NCBI GenBank assembly: GCA_963723985.1
Contig: CAVRTC010000005.1
Location: forward strand, 567 to 64,566
Source: an uncultured Actinomycetes bacterium
GTDB taxonomy: Bacteria > Actinomycetota > Acidimicrobiia > IMCC26256 > BP-133
Length of the DNA: 64,000 nt
Direction of reading: 5' to 3'
A program made the position numbers and the translations under genes. Below, one piece after another: positions 29,013 to 36,925 of the stretch (the first letter of the stretch is position 1; the number at the start of each line of letters is the position of its first letter). Below the pieces are notes generated by a model. That model made no database searches, was not told the DNA's origin, and was given only the letters and a program-made list of their open reading frames with translations.

Positions 29013-30161
29013 ATGCCGACCCTCAGCCCCGAACAGGAGGCATTCGCCGGCACCGTGGCCCGGGTGGCGGCCGAGCGCATTGCTCCGATCGCCGTCCGCA
29101 TGGAGGACGACGACGAGTTCCCCCACGATCTCCTGGCGCTGTACCGGGAGCTGGGGTGGCTCTCGATCCTCACTCCGGCGGCGTTCGGCGGGGCCGAGGC
29201 CGGTTCGACCGAGTGGGTGATCCTGGCCGAGAACATCGCCCGGCACTCCACCGCCGCCTGCCAGCTGTTCCAGCACTTCGGCGCGGTGATGGTCCTGCGC
29301 TTCGCCGGCACGCCGGAGCAGCAACAGCGGCTCTTCCCGGTGGTCGAGGAGCGGATCTCGTGCCTGGCCAGCACCGAACCGGAAGCCGGCAGCGACCTCG
29401 GTGGCATCCGCACCCACGCCGTCGACAAAGGCGGCTCCTTCGTCGTCAACGGCACAAAGTGCTTCATCACCAACGGCGACGTGTCCGACATCTACACGAC
29501 CCTGGTGACGGTGGAGCCGGGGTCGGGCCCGGCCGGCGTCCGGCTCCTCCTCATCGACGGGCGGGAATCGCCCGGCGTGTCGGTCATGGGTCGGGAGCGC
29601 AAGATGGGCCTTCGGGGCTCCACGATCGTGACGCTGGCGTTCGACGACGTGGAGGTCCCGGCCGAGAACATGATCGGCGGCGAGCGGGGCTTCGCCGCCC
29701 TGATGGGGATGTTCGACTTCGCCCGGCCCAACGTGGCCGCCCAGGGCGTGGGGCTGGCGTCGGCAGCCATGGAGTACGCCCTCGGCTACACCCTGGAGCG
29801 CCGGGCCTTCGGACGGCCGGTCTACGAATTCCAGGGCGTGTCGTTCATGGTGGCCGACATGGCCATCCGCATCGAGGCGGCCCGGGAGCTCGTCTACGCC
29901 GCCGCCGCCGAGATCGACCGGGGCGGGCCCCGCGCCGGGGAGCTGGCGGCGATGGCCAAGACCTTCTGCACCGACACGGCCATGGCGGTGGCCACCGACG
30001 CCGTCCAGTGCCTGGGCGGGCACGGCTACCTGGCCGACCATCCGGTGGAGCGGATGATGCGCGACGCCAAGGTGCTCCAGATCTACGAAGGCACGAACCA
30101 GATCCAGCGGCTGATCCTGAGCCGCATCCTGGCCGCCCGGGTCAAGGGAGCGACGAGATGA
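29013..30161 (+). CDS. Acyl-CoA dehydrogenase (intact paralog of 24769..25909)
   Basis: MPTLSPEQEAFAGTVARVAAERIAPIAVRMEDDDEFPHDLLALYRELGWLS..QIYEGTNQIQRLIL. About 70% identical to the 24769 copy over the stretches aligned by eye. Confidence 0.85.
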   Translation: MPTLSPEQEAFAGTVARVAAERIAPIAVRMEDDDEFPHDLLALYRELGWLSILTPAAFGGAEAGSTEWVILAENIARHSTAACQLFQHFGAVMVLRFAGTPEQQQRLFPVVEERISCLASTEPEAGSDLGGIRTHAVDKGGSFVVNGTKCFITNGDVSDIYTTLVTVEPGSGPAGVRLLLIDGRESPGVSVMGRERKMGLRGSTIVTLAFDDVEVPAENMIGGERGFAALMGMFDFARPNVAAQGVGLASAAMEYALGYTLERRAFGRPVYEFQGVSFMVADMAIRIEAARELVYAAAAEIDRGGPRAGELAAMAKTFCTDTAMAVATDAVQCLGGHGYLADHPVERMMRDAKVLQIYEGTNQIQRLILSRILAARVKGATR

Positions 30162-31345
30162 CCAAGAGCGAGGACCGGACGATCGACGAATGGGTGGCCG
30201 ACTTCGATCCGACCGATCCCCAGGTCGTCAAGAATCCCTACCCGATCTACGCCGCCATGCGGGCGAAGTGCCCGATCGCTCACGGCAGCCGGTTCGACGG
30301 CTTCTACGTGTTGAGCCGCTTCGCCGATGTGTACGACGCCGCCCACAACCCCGGGTTGTTCAGTTCGGCCCAGGGCGTGACGGTGCCGGACTTCGGCAAC
30401 CCGATGACGGCCATCCCCCTGGAGATCGACCCACCGGAGCACACCCGGTGGCGCCATCTGACCCAGGCGTGGTTCTCACCGGCGGCGGCGCTGACGCTCG
30501 AACCCGACATCCGGGCGATCGTGACCCGCCAGATCGACGCCTTCGTGGATCGGGGCCACGCCGATTTGGCCACCGAGCTGGCCGTGCCCGTCCCGCCGAT
30601 CGTGATCGCCCGCATGCTGGGCTTCCCCGAGCAGGACTGGCAGTACTACCGCAAGCTGTCGGAGACGATGCTGGAGGCGGCGGCCAACGACGACAGCCAG
30701 GTCAACGCCGAACAGGCGCTCCAGCTGTTCAGCTATCTGTTCGAGGCGCTGATGGACCGGCGCGACAACCCCCGGGACGACATGCTGACCCGGATCGTGC
30801 AGCTGGAGTTCGACGGCCGGCCCCTGACGGAGGACGAGCTCCTCGGGATCACGTTCCTCGTGGCCGTGGCCGGGCACGAGACGACGGTCGGGGCCATCGG
30901 CGCGCTGCTGCTCCGGCTGGCCGAACATCCCGAGGCCCGGGCGGCGATCGAGGCCGACCCGGAACTGGCCTTCAGCGCCATCGAGGAATCGATGCGGCTG
31001 GAGCCGCCCATCCAGTACTTCTCCCGGACCGTGACGCAGGACACCGAGATCGGCGGCGTGCGGCTGGCGGCCGGCGCCAAGGTCCTGCTGTCGTGGGCGT
31101 CGGCCAACCGCGATCCCGCCGCCTTCTCCGATCCCGATTCGTTCGTGTACGACCGCCCCAACAACCGCCATCTCGCCTTTGGGGCGGGCCCCCACCGCTG
31201 CATCGGCGCCCACCTCGCCCGCTTGGAGCTCCGGGTCGTGCTGGAGGAGATGTTGCGGCGGATTCCGACGTGGCGGGTCACCGGCGAGGTGATCATGGGC
31301 GGCGGAATCAACCGGCTGGTGAAGTCGCTCCCGGTCGAATGGTGA
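30158..31345 (+). CDS. Cytochrome P450
   Basis: Heme-binding loop FGAGPHRCIGAHLA, I-helix AGHETT, ExxR EESMRLEPP. ATGA overlap with the upstream ACAD. Confidence 0.9.
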   Translation: MTKSEDRTIDEWVADFDPTDPQVVKNPYPIYAAMRAKCPIAHGSRFDGFYVLSRFADVYDAAHNPGLFSSAQGVTVPDFGNPMTAIPLEIDPPEHTRWRHLTQAWFSPAAALTLEPDIRAIVTRQIDAFVDRGHADLATELAVPVPPIVIARMLGFPEQDWQYYRKLSETMLEAAANDDSQVNAEQALQLFSYLFEALMDRRDNPRDDMLTRIVQLEFDGRPLTEDELLGITFLVAVAGHETTVGAIGALLLRLAEHPEARAAIEADPELAFSAIEESMRLEPPIQYFSRTVTQDTEIGGVRLAAGAKVLLSWASANRDPAAFSDPDSFVYDRPNNRHLAFGAGPHRCIGAHLARLELRVVLEEMLRRIPTWRVTGEVIMGGGINRLVKSLPVEW

Positions 31346-31374
31346 GAGAGGCTCCTGCCTCGGCGGAAGGGCAG

Positions 31375-31998
31375 GTGAAGCTCCCAAGCCTGCGCACCCG
31401 GGCGCTGGAGGAGGCGCTGCGTATCGCCGACGCCGAGGGTCTCGACGCCCTGAGCATCCGGCGCCTGGCCGAAGCCCTCGGCGTGAAAGGCGCTTCGCTC
31501 TACCACCACTTCAAGGACAAGGACGAGATCCTCGACGGCGTCGCCTTCCTGGCGCTCTCCGGGCTCGGCCCGCCCGACGACGAGACGCTGCCGTGGATCG
31601 ACTGGCTGCTCCAGATGGCCGGCACCTACCGCGACGCCCTCCTCGCCCACCCCAACCTGCTCCCCCTGATCCTCGGCCGCCACAACCGCCGGGCCGGCTC
31701 GGCGGTCTACGACTACGCGGCGATGAAGCTGACCGAGGCCGGGATTCCCTCGGCCTATCAGGTGACGCTGATCAACGCCCTGGAGGCCTACGCCACCGGC
31801 TCGGTGCTCTACACATTGAACGCCCCTGCCTCGGCTTGGGAAGCTGAGCTGCCACCCGGCGGATGCGAGCACCTCCGCCGCGCCCTGCGGTCCGACGCCC
31901 ACGACGAAGACACCCGCTTCGAACTCGGCTGCCGGGCACTGCTGGAGGGTCTCGCGGCCGAGGTTACGCACGGTCGTCGCCCCCCCGCCCGCCGGTAG
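31375..31998 (+). CDS. TetR-family transcriptional regulator
   Basis: LRTRALEEALRIADAEGLDALSIRRLAEALGVKGASLYHHFKDKDEIL. Alternative GTG start at 31342. Confidence 0.8.
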   Translation: MKLPSLRTRALEEALRIADAEGLDALSIRRLAEALGVKGASLYHHFKDKDEILDGVAFLALSGLGPPDDETLPWIDWLLQMAGTYRDALLAHPNLLPLILGRHNRRAGSAVYDYAAMKLTEAGIPSAYQVTLINALEAYATGSVLYTLNAPASAWEAELPPGGCEHLRRALRSDAHDEDTRFELGCRALLEGLAAEVTHGRRPPARR

Positions 31999-32150
31999 CA
32001 GAGCCGCCCTCGCAAGAAAATTTTCGGGATAGCGGTTGATCGCGGGCGGAAGGCGCCACCAACCGGGCGCAAGGCTCAGATGACAGAGCCTCACCGGCTG
32101 GGGTCGGGGTGCCATGCGGGCGCCCGCGCCTTCAGACGGGAGGCGCGGAG

Positions 32151-33836
32151 GTGAGATCGGTGAAGCGACGATTTGTCCGGCGGGTGACGCCGAAGGCGCT
32201 GTTCGTGGCGCTGGCCGGCGTGACCCTGGTGGTGACGACGGTCGCGCAGGCCGACCTGCTGCCGCAGCGGGCCGTTTCGGTCGCCATGCTGTCGGGCGGC
32301 GACTCCGCCGCCCTGCCCGGCGCCGACACGGCCCTCCCCGCCCCGGCTCCCCCCGCCGAGGCGCTTCCGGAGCCGGAGTCGCCGCCGACGACCGCCGAAT
32401 CGACGACCACCACGGCCGCCACCAAGGTCGCCTCCACGGCCACAGCCCGGGTGGCCAAGCACCCTTGCCCCAAGACCTCGTCCCCGAACCGACCCTGCTC
32501 GCCGCCCTGCCCCCAACCCCGGCCAGACGGCAATTCTGAGAAGTGCCCCCCGCCCTGTCCGCAACCCGGCTCGGCCAACTCCGCCAGGGCGTGCCCGCCG
32601 CCCTGCGCCCAGCCAGCCGCTCCCCCCAGCGCCCCGCAGCCGGCCGCCTCGTCGGCCGGCGGTACGAGCCCCGCCCGGCCCGCCTGCCCTCCGCCCTGTT
32701 CGAGCACCCCCCGTTCGGACGGGTCGTGCCCGCCCTGCGGCCCTGAGCCGGCCAACTCGGAGCAGCCGACCAAGCCCTGCCCGCCGACCTGCCGCCAGTA
32801 CGACCCGGCCACCGGCGCGACCTCCCCCTGCCCGCCGCCCTGTTACGGATACGGCTCCGGCGGCACCACCGGCTCCCCCGGCAATACCTCTTCCGGTGCC
32901 ACGACCGAGCCCTCCGGCACGGCCGGATCGGGTGCCTGCCCCCCGCCCTGCCCGGAGTACGACGGCGGTGCCGCCAGCTCGGCCTACTCCTGCCCCCAGC
33001 CGTGCCCGGCCTACGCCACGACCGACGGGCGACCGGCCCCCTGCCCGCCGCCGTGCAAGTACGACCCCGCCGCCGGCGGTGGTTCGAGCTCCTGCCCGCA
33101 GCCCTGCCCGGCCTACGCCACGGCCGACGGCCGCCCGGCGCCCTGCCCGCCCCCCTGCTACTACGCCATGGACTCGGCCGCCGGCTCGGGCGGGTACGCC
33201 TGCCCGCCGCCGCCCTGCGCCTACCCGACCGAACCTGACGGCGGCACCGGTGCCACCGCCCCGCAGCCCATGATCTGGTGCCCGCCGCCGTGCTCCGCGG
33301 CCCCCGGGTCCCCCGACTCCTGCCCCCCGCCGTGCTACTCGACACAACCGGCGCCGGCGACCACCACCGCCGACCCGGTTCCGCCGAACAAGTGCCCCCC
33401 GCCGTGTCAGGGGCCGAAGGCGTGCCCGCCGCCCTGCCCGTCCGCCGCCTCGACCGACCAGCGCTGCGTTCCCCCCTGCAGCTACGAGCCGGCGAACAGC
33501 GGATCGGCGGCGGGGGCCTTCGCCCCCTGCCCGGCCCCCTCGGGAGTGACGGGCCGCGTCACGGCCGGCCCGACCTGCCCGGTCGAACGGCCCGACAAGC
33601 CGTGCCCCGACAAGCCGGTCGAGACCACCCTGCGCCTGCTGCGCAAGGACGGCTCCGTGGCGGCCACCGGCAAGTCCTACTCCGACGGCTCGTTCCGGAT
33701 GGCGGTGGCCCCCGGCTCCTACAAGCTCGTCGCGGACTGGCCCAGCCGGGTCGGCGGCTGTGCTCCGGTCGAGGTGACGGTCGAGCACGGCCGCTTCAGC
33801 TACGCCGACGTCAGCTGCGACACCGGCATCCGCTGA
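32151..33836 (+). CDS. Secreted CPPPC-repeat (C-x3-C) proline-rich protein with C-terminal carboxypeptidase-regulatory-like beta-sandwich
   Basis: GGAGG then GTG. Signal anchor VKRRFVRRVTPKALFVALAGVTLVVTTVAQA. 11 exact CPPPC plus 7 variants (CSPPC, CPPC, CPPTC, CPQPC x2, CPPPPC, CVPPC). C-terminus VTGRVTAG..LLRKDGSVAATGKSYSDGSFRMAVAPGSYKLV. Uninterrupted 561 aa. Confidence 0.6.
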   Translation: MRSVKRRFVRRVTPKALFVALAGVTLVVTTVAQADLLPQRAVSVAMLSGGDSAALPGADTALPAPAPPAEALPEPESPPTTAESTTTTAATKVASTATARVAKHPCPKTSSPNRPCSPPCPQPRPDGNSEKCPPPCPQPGSANSARACPPPCAQPAAPPSAPQPAASSAGGTSPARPACPPPCSSTPRSDGSCPPCGPEPANSEQPTKPCPPTCRQYDPATGATSPCPPPCYGYGSGGTTGSPGNTSSGATTEPSGTAGSGACPPPCPEYDGGAASSAYSCPQPCPAYATTDGRPAPCPPPCKYDPAAGGGSSSCPQPCPAYATADGRPAPCPPPCYYAMDSAAGSGGYACPPPPCAYPTEPDGGTGATAPQPMIWCPPPCSAAPGSPDSCPPPCYSTQPAPATTTADPVPPNKCPPPCQGPKACPPPCPSAASTDQRCVPPCSYEPANSGSAAGAFAPCPAPSGVTGRVTAGPTCPVERPDKPCPDKPVETTLRLLRKDGSVAATGKSYSDGSFRMAVAPGSYKLVADWPSRVGGCAPVEVTVEHGRFSYADVSCDTGIR

Positions 33837-33841
33837 CGAAC

Positions 33842-33882
33842 CACGATCTCTGTCTCTCAGGCAGTCACAAGACAGAATCGTG
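33842..33882 (+). terminator. Hairpin immediately after the CPPPC gene stop
   Basis: cacgat-c-tctgtct (33842-33855), 14-nt loop, agacaga-atcgtg (33870-33882): 13 bp with one bulge. No clear U-tract. Confidence 0.35.
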
Positions 33883-34077
33883 ACGGGGGCGTAGGATCGT
33901 GTGGACTCATCGGTCGACGCGGGAGGGCGCCGAGGTGGGCAGAAGTGGGCACCGCCCCAGATCCACGTCAGCGTCCTCGTCGACGACCCTGATCACACTC
34001 CGGACGTCGTCGTAATCATCCCCGCACTCCGCCGCGCCCCCGGGGGCGCGGCAATCATGTATTTGGGAGGGTCTTCA

Positions 34078-34983
34078 ATGCGCAGGTCCGCATCCGTCGT
34101 CGCCATCGTGATCACCACCGTCCTAGCCATGGGCACAGCCTTCGCTACGCCGCCGAGCGGCGACATCAAGTTCGAGGACTGGGCCCGCGTGCAGTCAGTC
34201 GATGCCGCCACCATCCCCATCAATGCCGGCTTCGACCTCGTCTCGGGGCAGTACTCGATTGCCTCCGGGGGCCAGACCGGGTGGCGCGAGCTGCCCGGCA
34301 CGATGATCCTCCTCGTCACCAAGGGAACGATGATGCTCCACGGCGGTGAAGGGTGCGCCGCCAAGGAGTTGGCCACGGGCAAGGGGACGGTCGTGGGGGG
34401 CGGCGTGTACTCGGTGCACAACGCCGGCAAAGAGCAGCTCGACTTCTTCGGCATGTTCCTGAAGCAGGCCCCCGGCTCTCCGCAGCCTCTCTCCGAGGGC
34501 CCGACCGTGGCGGCCCCGGCCGGGTGCTCCGGAGCACTGGCGGCCGAGCCCGGCGCGACTTCGGTGTCGCTCAAGACTCCGGCAGCGGGGACGTTCGTGG
34601 ACGCCCACTACACCGCCCACCACTCCGACTTCGAGGTCAAGAAGGACCTCGATGCCCTCGCCACGCACTACGACTTCGGCCCGGGGGCGAGCACCGGATG
34701 GATCTCGCACCTGCCGGCCCTGAACATCGTCGAAGAGGGCGAGTTGGGCTACGTCGAAGCCAAGGACGGCAAGTGCGACGAGAGCGAGACCTACACCGCC
34801 GGTGACGCCTTCTACCACCCGCCGCACCGCCACATCGCCTACAACCGGGGCCAGAGCCGACTCAAGCTCACGGTGGTCTTCTTCAACCTGCCGCACAACA
34901 CGCCGTTGCCGGTGATCGGGAACCAGACGACGGCGGTCGACTTCACCCAGGCGCCGCCGGCCGACTGCGTCCGGGCCCGTTGA
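34078..34983 (+). CDS. Secreted bicupin-like hypothetical protein
   Basis: RBS gggagg, then signal peptide MRRSASVVAIVITTVLAMGTAFA. Two beta-barrel-like halves (GWRELPGTMILLVTKGTMMLHGG..VYSVHNAG and GWISHLPALNIVEEGELGYVEAKDGKCDESETYTAGDAFYHPPHRHIAYN). The cupin assignment is tentative. Confidence 0.45.
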   Translation: MRRSASVVAIVITTVLAMGTAFATPPSGDIKFEDWARVQSVDAATIPINAGFDLVSGQYSIASGGQTGWRELPGTMILLVTKGTMMLHGGEGCAAKELATGKGTVVGGGVYSVHNAGKEQLDFFGMFLKQAPGSPQPLSEGPTVAAPAGCSGALAAEPGATSVSLKTPAAGTFVDAHYTAHHSDFEVKKDLDALATHYDFGPGASTGWISHLPALNIVEEGELGYVEAKDGKCDESETYTAGDAFYHPPHRHIAYNRGQSRLKLTVVFFNLPHNTPLPVIGNQTTAVDFTQAPPADCVRAR

Positions 34984-34985
34984 CG

Positions 34986-35387
34986 ATGGGACGTTCGCAC
35001 CGCCGGCAACTGTGGTTGCCGGCGGTGGCGGCCCTCTCGTTGCTCGGGCTTCCGGTCGCCGGCTCCTACGCCGCCGGCGACTGCAGTCCCAACGGCACGG
35101 CGCTGTCGATCACGGCCTTCGACCAGAAGTACGACAAGGACTGTCTCGCCGCGCCGGCCGACCAGCCCCTGACGGTCGACTTCAAGAATTTCGACCGCAA
35201 CATTCCCCACAACCTGGCGATCTACGAGGACAGCACGGCGGCCAAGGCACTGTTCAAAGGCGAACTGGTCGACGGCCCAGGCACGACGACGTACTCCGTT
35301 CCGGGTCTCCCGGAAGGAACGTTCGTCTTCCGCTGTGACCCGCACCCTGACACGATGAACGGCAGCTTCATCGTTTCAGGGGCGTAA
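34986..35387 (+). CDS. Cupredoxin (plastocyanin/amicyanin-like type-1 blue copper protein), secreted
   Basis: Signal peptide RRQLWLPAVAALSLLGLPVAGSYAA. Ligand set: His in NIPHNLAIY and Cys-His-Met in FRCDPHPDTMNG. Starts 3 nt after the upstream stop. Confidence 0.8.
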   Translation: MGRSHRRQLWLPAVAALSLLGLPVAGSYAAGDCSPNGTALSITAFDQKYDKDCLAAPADQPLTVDFKNFDRNIPHNLAIYEDSTAAKALFKGELVDGPGTTTYSVPGLPEGTFVFRCDPHPDTMNGSFIVSGA

Positions 35388-35390
35388 CCC

Positions 35391-36401
35391 TCAGTCGGGG
35401 CCGACGATCCAGACGTCGTCGCCGAGCTTCTCCTCCAGCGTCCGGACCAGCTTGCCCAGCGACGGGTCCTTCCCGTCCCAGACGACCACGGCTTCGTCGG
35501 CGTGCTTGGCCAGCCAGCCGTCGCGCCTCGCCATGGCCCCGCCGAACTTCTGCTTGGAGTCGGGAACGGTCCGCTCGAGGAGGACGGCGGCGTCGGCGTG
35601 GCGGATGAGCTCGGCGTAGTGGTCCTTCGTTGACGATGGCCACTGGCTTTCCGGCGCCGGGAAGGGCTGCACGGCCACGTAGGGCACACCCGCCTTCCGG
35701 GCCGCCTCGGCCGCCAGCTGCTCGGCCCCGAGCTGCAGGCCGGTCAATAGCCAGAGGTCGGCGTGCAGCTCCTTCTTGGCAGCCAGGATCTCGGCCAGGC
35801 GGTCCCGGACCGCGGCGGCCACCGGGTTCTCGCCGTAGCCCCCAAGCTCGGGCGGGCGGTGCCCGAAGGCCGCCACCAGCCGCCCGCCGGGGAGGCGGGC
35901 GTCCCGGCCGGCGGGCAGGTCGGCGGGGCCGAGGTCGTCCTCATCCGGCAGCGTGTCGCCGGACCGGCTCCGCTGCGTCAGGGACGCCTCCACCGCCAGC
36001 CGGTCGACCACGTCGTTCAGCCGGTCGTCGCTGTGGCCCTTGACCCAGGTGAATGAGATCTCCCCGGCCCGGCGCCGGTACTCCTCGATCAACGGCTCCC
36101 ACAGGTCCCGGTTGGCCACCGGCTTCTTCTGCTTGTTGAGCCAGCCCCGGGCCAGCCACCCCTCCCACCACCGGTCTCGGAAGCAGTTCACGACATAGGT
36201 GGAGTCGCTGCGGATCTCGATCGGGCCGTCGAGCTTGGTCAGCGCGTCCAGCACCGCCTTGAGCTCCATCCGCTGGTTGGTGCTCTTCGCCTCCGCCCCG
36301 CTCTCGAACGGTCCCGACGGCGCCACGGCCCAGGCCCAGCCGCCCGGCCCCGGGTTCCCCGAGCAGGCGCCATCGGTGTACACGACCTGCGGAGTGCTCA
36401 C
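35391..36401 (-). CDS. RNase HI fused to a C-terminal YpsA/DUF1273-like SLOG domain
   Basis: N-domain VVYTDGACSGNPGPGGWAW..NQRMELKAVLDAL..IEIRSDSTYVVN..VKGHSDDRLNDVVDRLA (DEDD plus His present). C-domain GHRPPELGGY..DLWLLTGLQLGAEQLAAEAARKAGVPYVAVQPFPAPESQWPSSTKDHYAELIRHADAAVLL matches the YpsA/DUF1273 pattern. Confidence 0.7.
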   Translation of the reverse strand: MSTPQVVYTDGACSGNPGPGGWAWAVAPSGPFESGAEAKSTNQRMELKAVLDALTKLDGPIEIRSDSTYVVNCFRDRWWEGWLARGWLNKQKKPVANRDLWEPLIEEYRRRAGEISFTWVKGHSDDRLNDVVDRLAVEASLTQRSRSGDTLPDEDDLGPADLPAGRDARLPGGRLVAAFGHRPPELGGYGENPVAAAVRDRLAEILAAKKELHADLWLLTGLQLGAEQLAAEAARKAGVPYVAVQPFPAPESQWPSSTKDHYAELIRHADAAVLLERTVPDSKQKFGGAMARRDGWLAKHADEAVVVWDGKDPSLGKLVRTLEEKLGDDVWIVGPD

Positions 36402-36538
36402 CCGGGGTTGCTACCACAGGCCGGCGGGCCCCGGCCGAACAGCGAGCGCCGAAGGCACAACGGCCCCGAGGTCTTCGTCGGCGGGGGCCGGGGGTGACTG
36501 AGGTGCGAGACAACTCAACCCGGGGGCGATTCGCGCCG

Positions 36539-36796
36539 ATGGTTGGTGAGCCAACTCGGACCGCCAGGAGAGGACCAGCCGCCGTGCAGGACAGAGCCCA
36601 CCGCCTCAGCGTCATCGCCGCCCACCCGGGGACCCACCCCGACGTGGCGAGCCGGATCCGCTCGTCGGTGCGCCGCGTCGAACGCCGCAAGCGGCTGGCC
36701 GCCCTCGCCTCGCACCCGAGCACGAACCCCGCAGTCGCCCGCCGCATCCGGCTTGCCCTGTCCAACGAGGGCACCGACCGCGCCACGACCGTTTAA
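36539..36796 (+). CDS. Small hypothetical protein with two HEAT/LRV-like short repeats (weak call)
   Basis: Repeated pattern VIAAHPGTHPDVASRI / ALASHPSTNPAVARRI. G/C-rich third codon positions. Start uncertain (ATG 36539 or GTG about 36584). Confidence 0.3.
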   Translation: MVGEPTRTARRGPAAVQDRAHRLSVIAAHPGTHPDVASRIRSSVRRVERRKRLAALASHPSTNPAVARRIRLALSNEGTDRATTV

Positions 36797-36851
36797 GCCG
36801 CCACAAGCACGACCCGCAGCACCAGCTCAGGCCGACGGGCCGGCCCGCGCC

Positions 36852-36885
36852 GTAGCCCGCGACGATCCCTTCCGTCGCGGGCTAC
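36852..36885. terminator. Perfect 13-bp hairpin between convergent genes
   Basis: gtagcccgcgacg (36852-36864), loop atcccttc, cgtcgcgggctac (36873-36885). Confidence 0.5.
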
Positions 36886-36925
36886 GAACGCGCCCGGGCG
36901 ACGGACGGGCCCCGGCCACGGTCGG

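Noticed and set aside
34986-35090. Lipoprotein lipobox in the cupredoxin signal peptide (..SYAAGDC..)
   Set aside because: Position -1 to the Cys is Asp, which violates the L-[AS]-[GA]-C lipobox. Signal peptidase I cleavage after SYAA is more likely.
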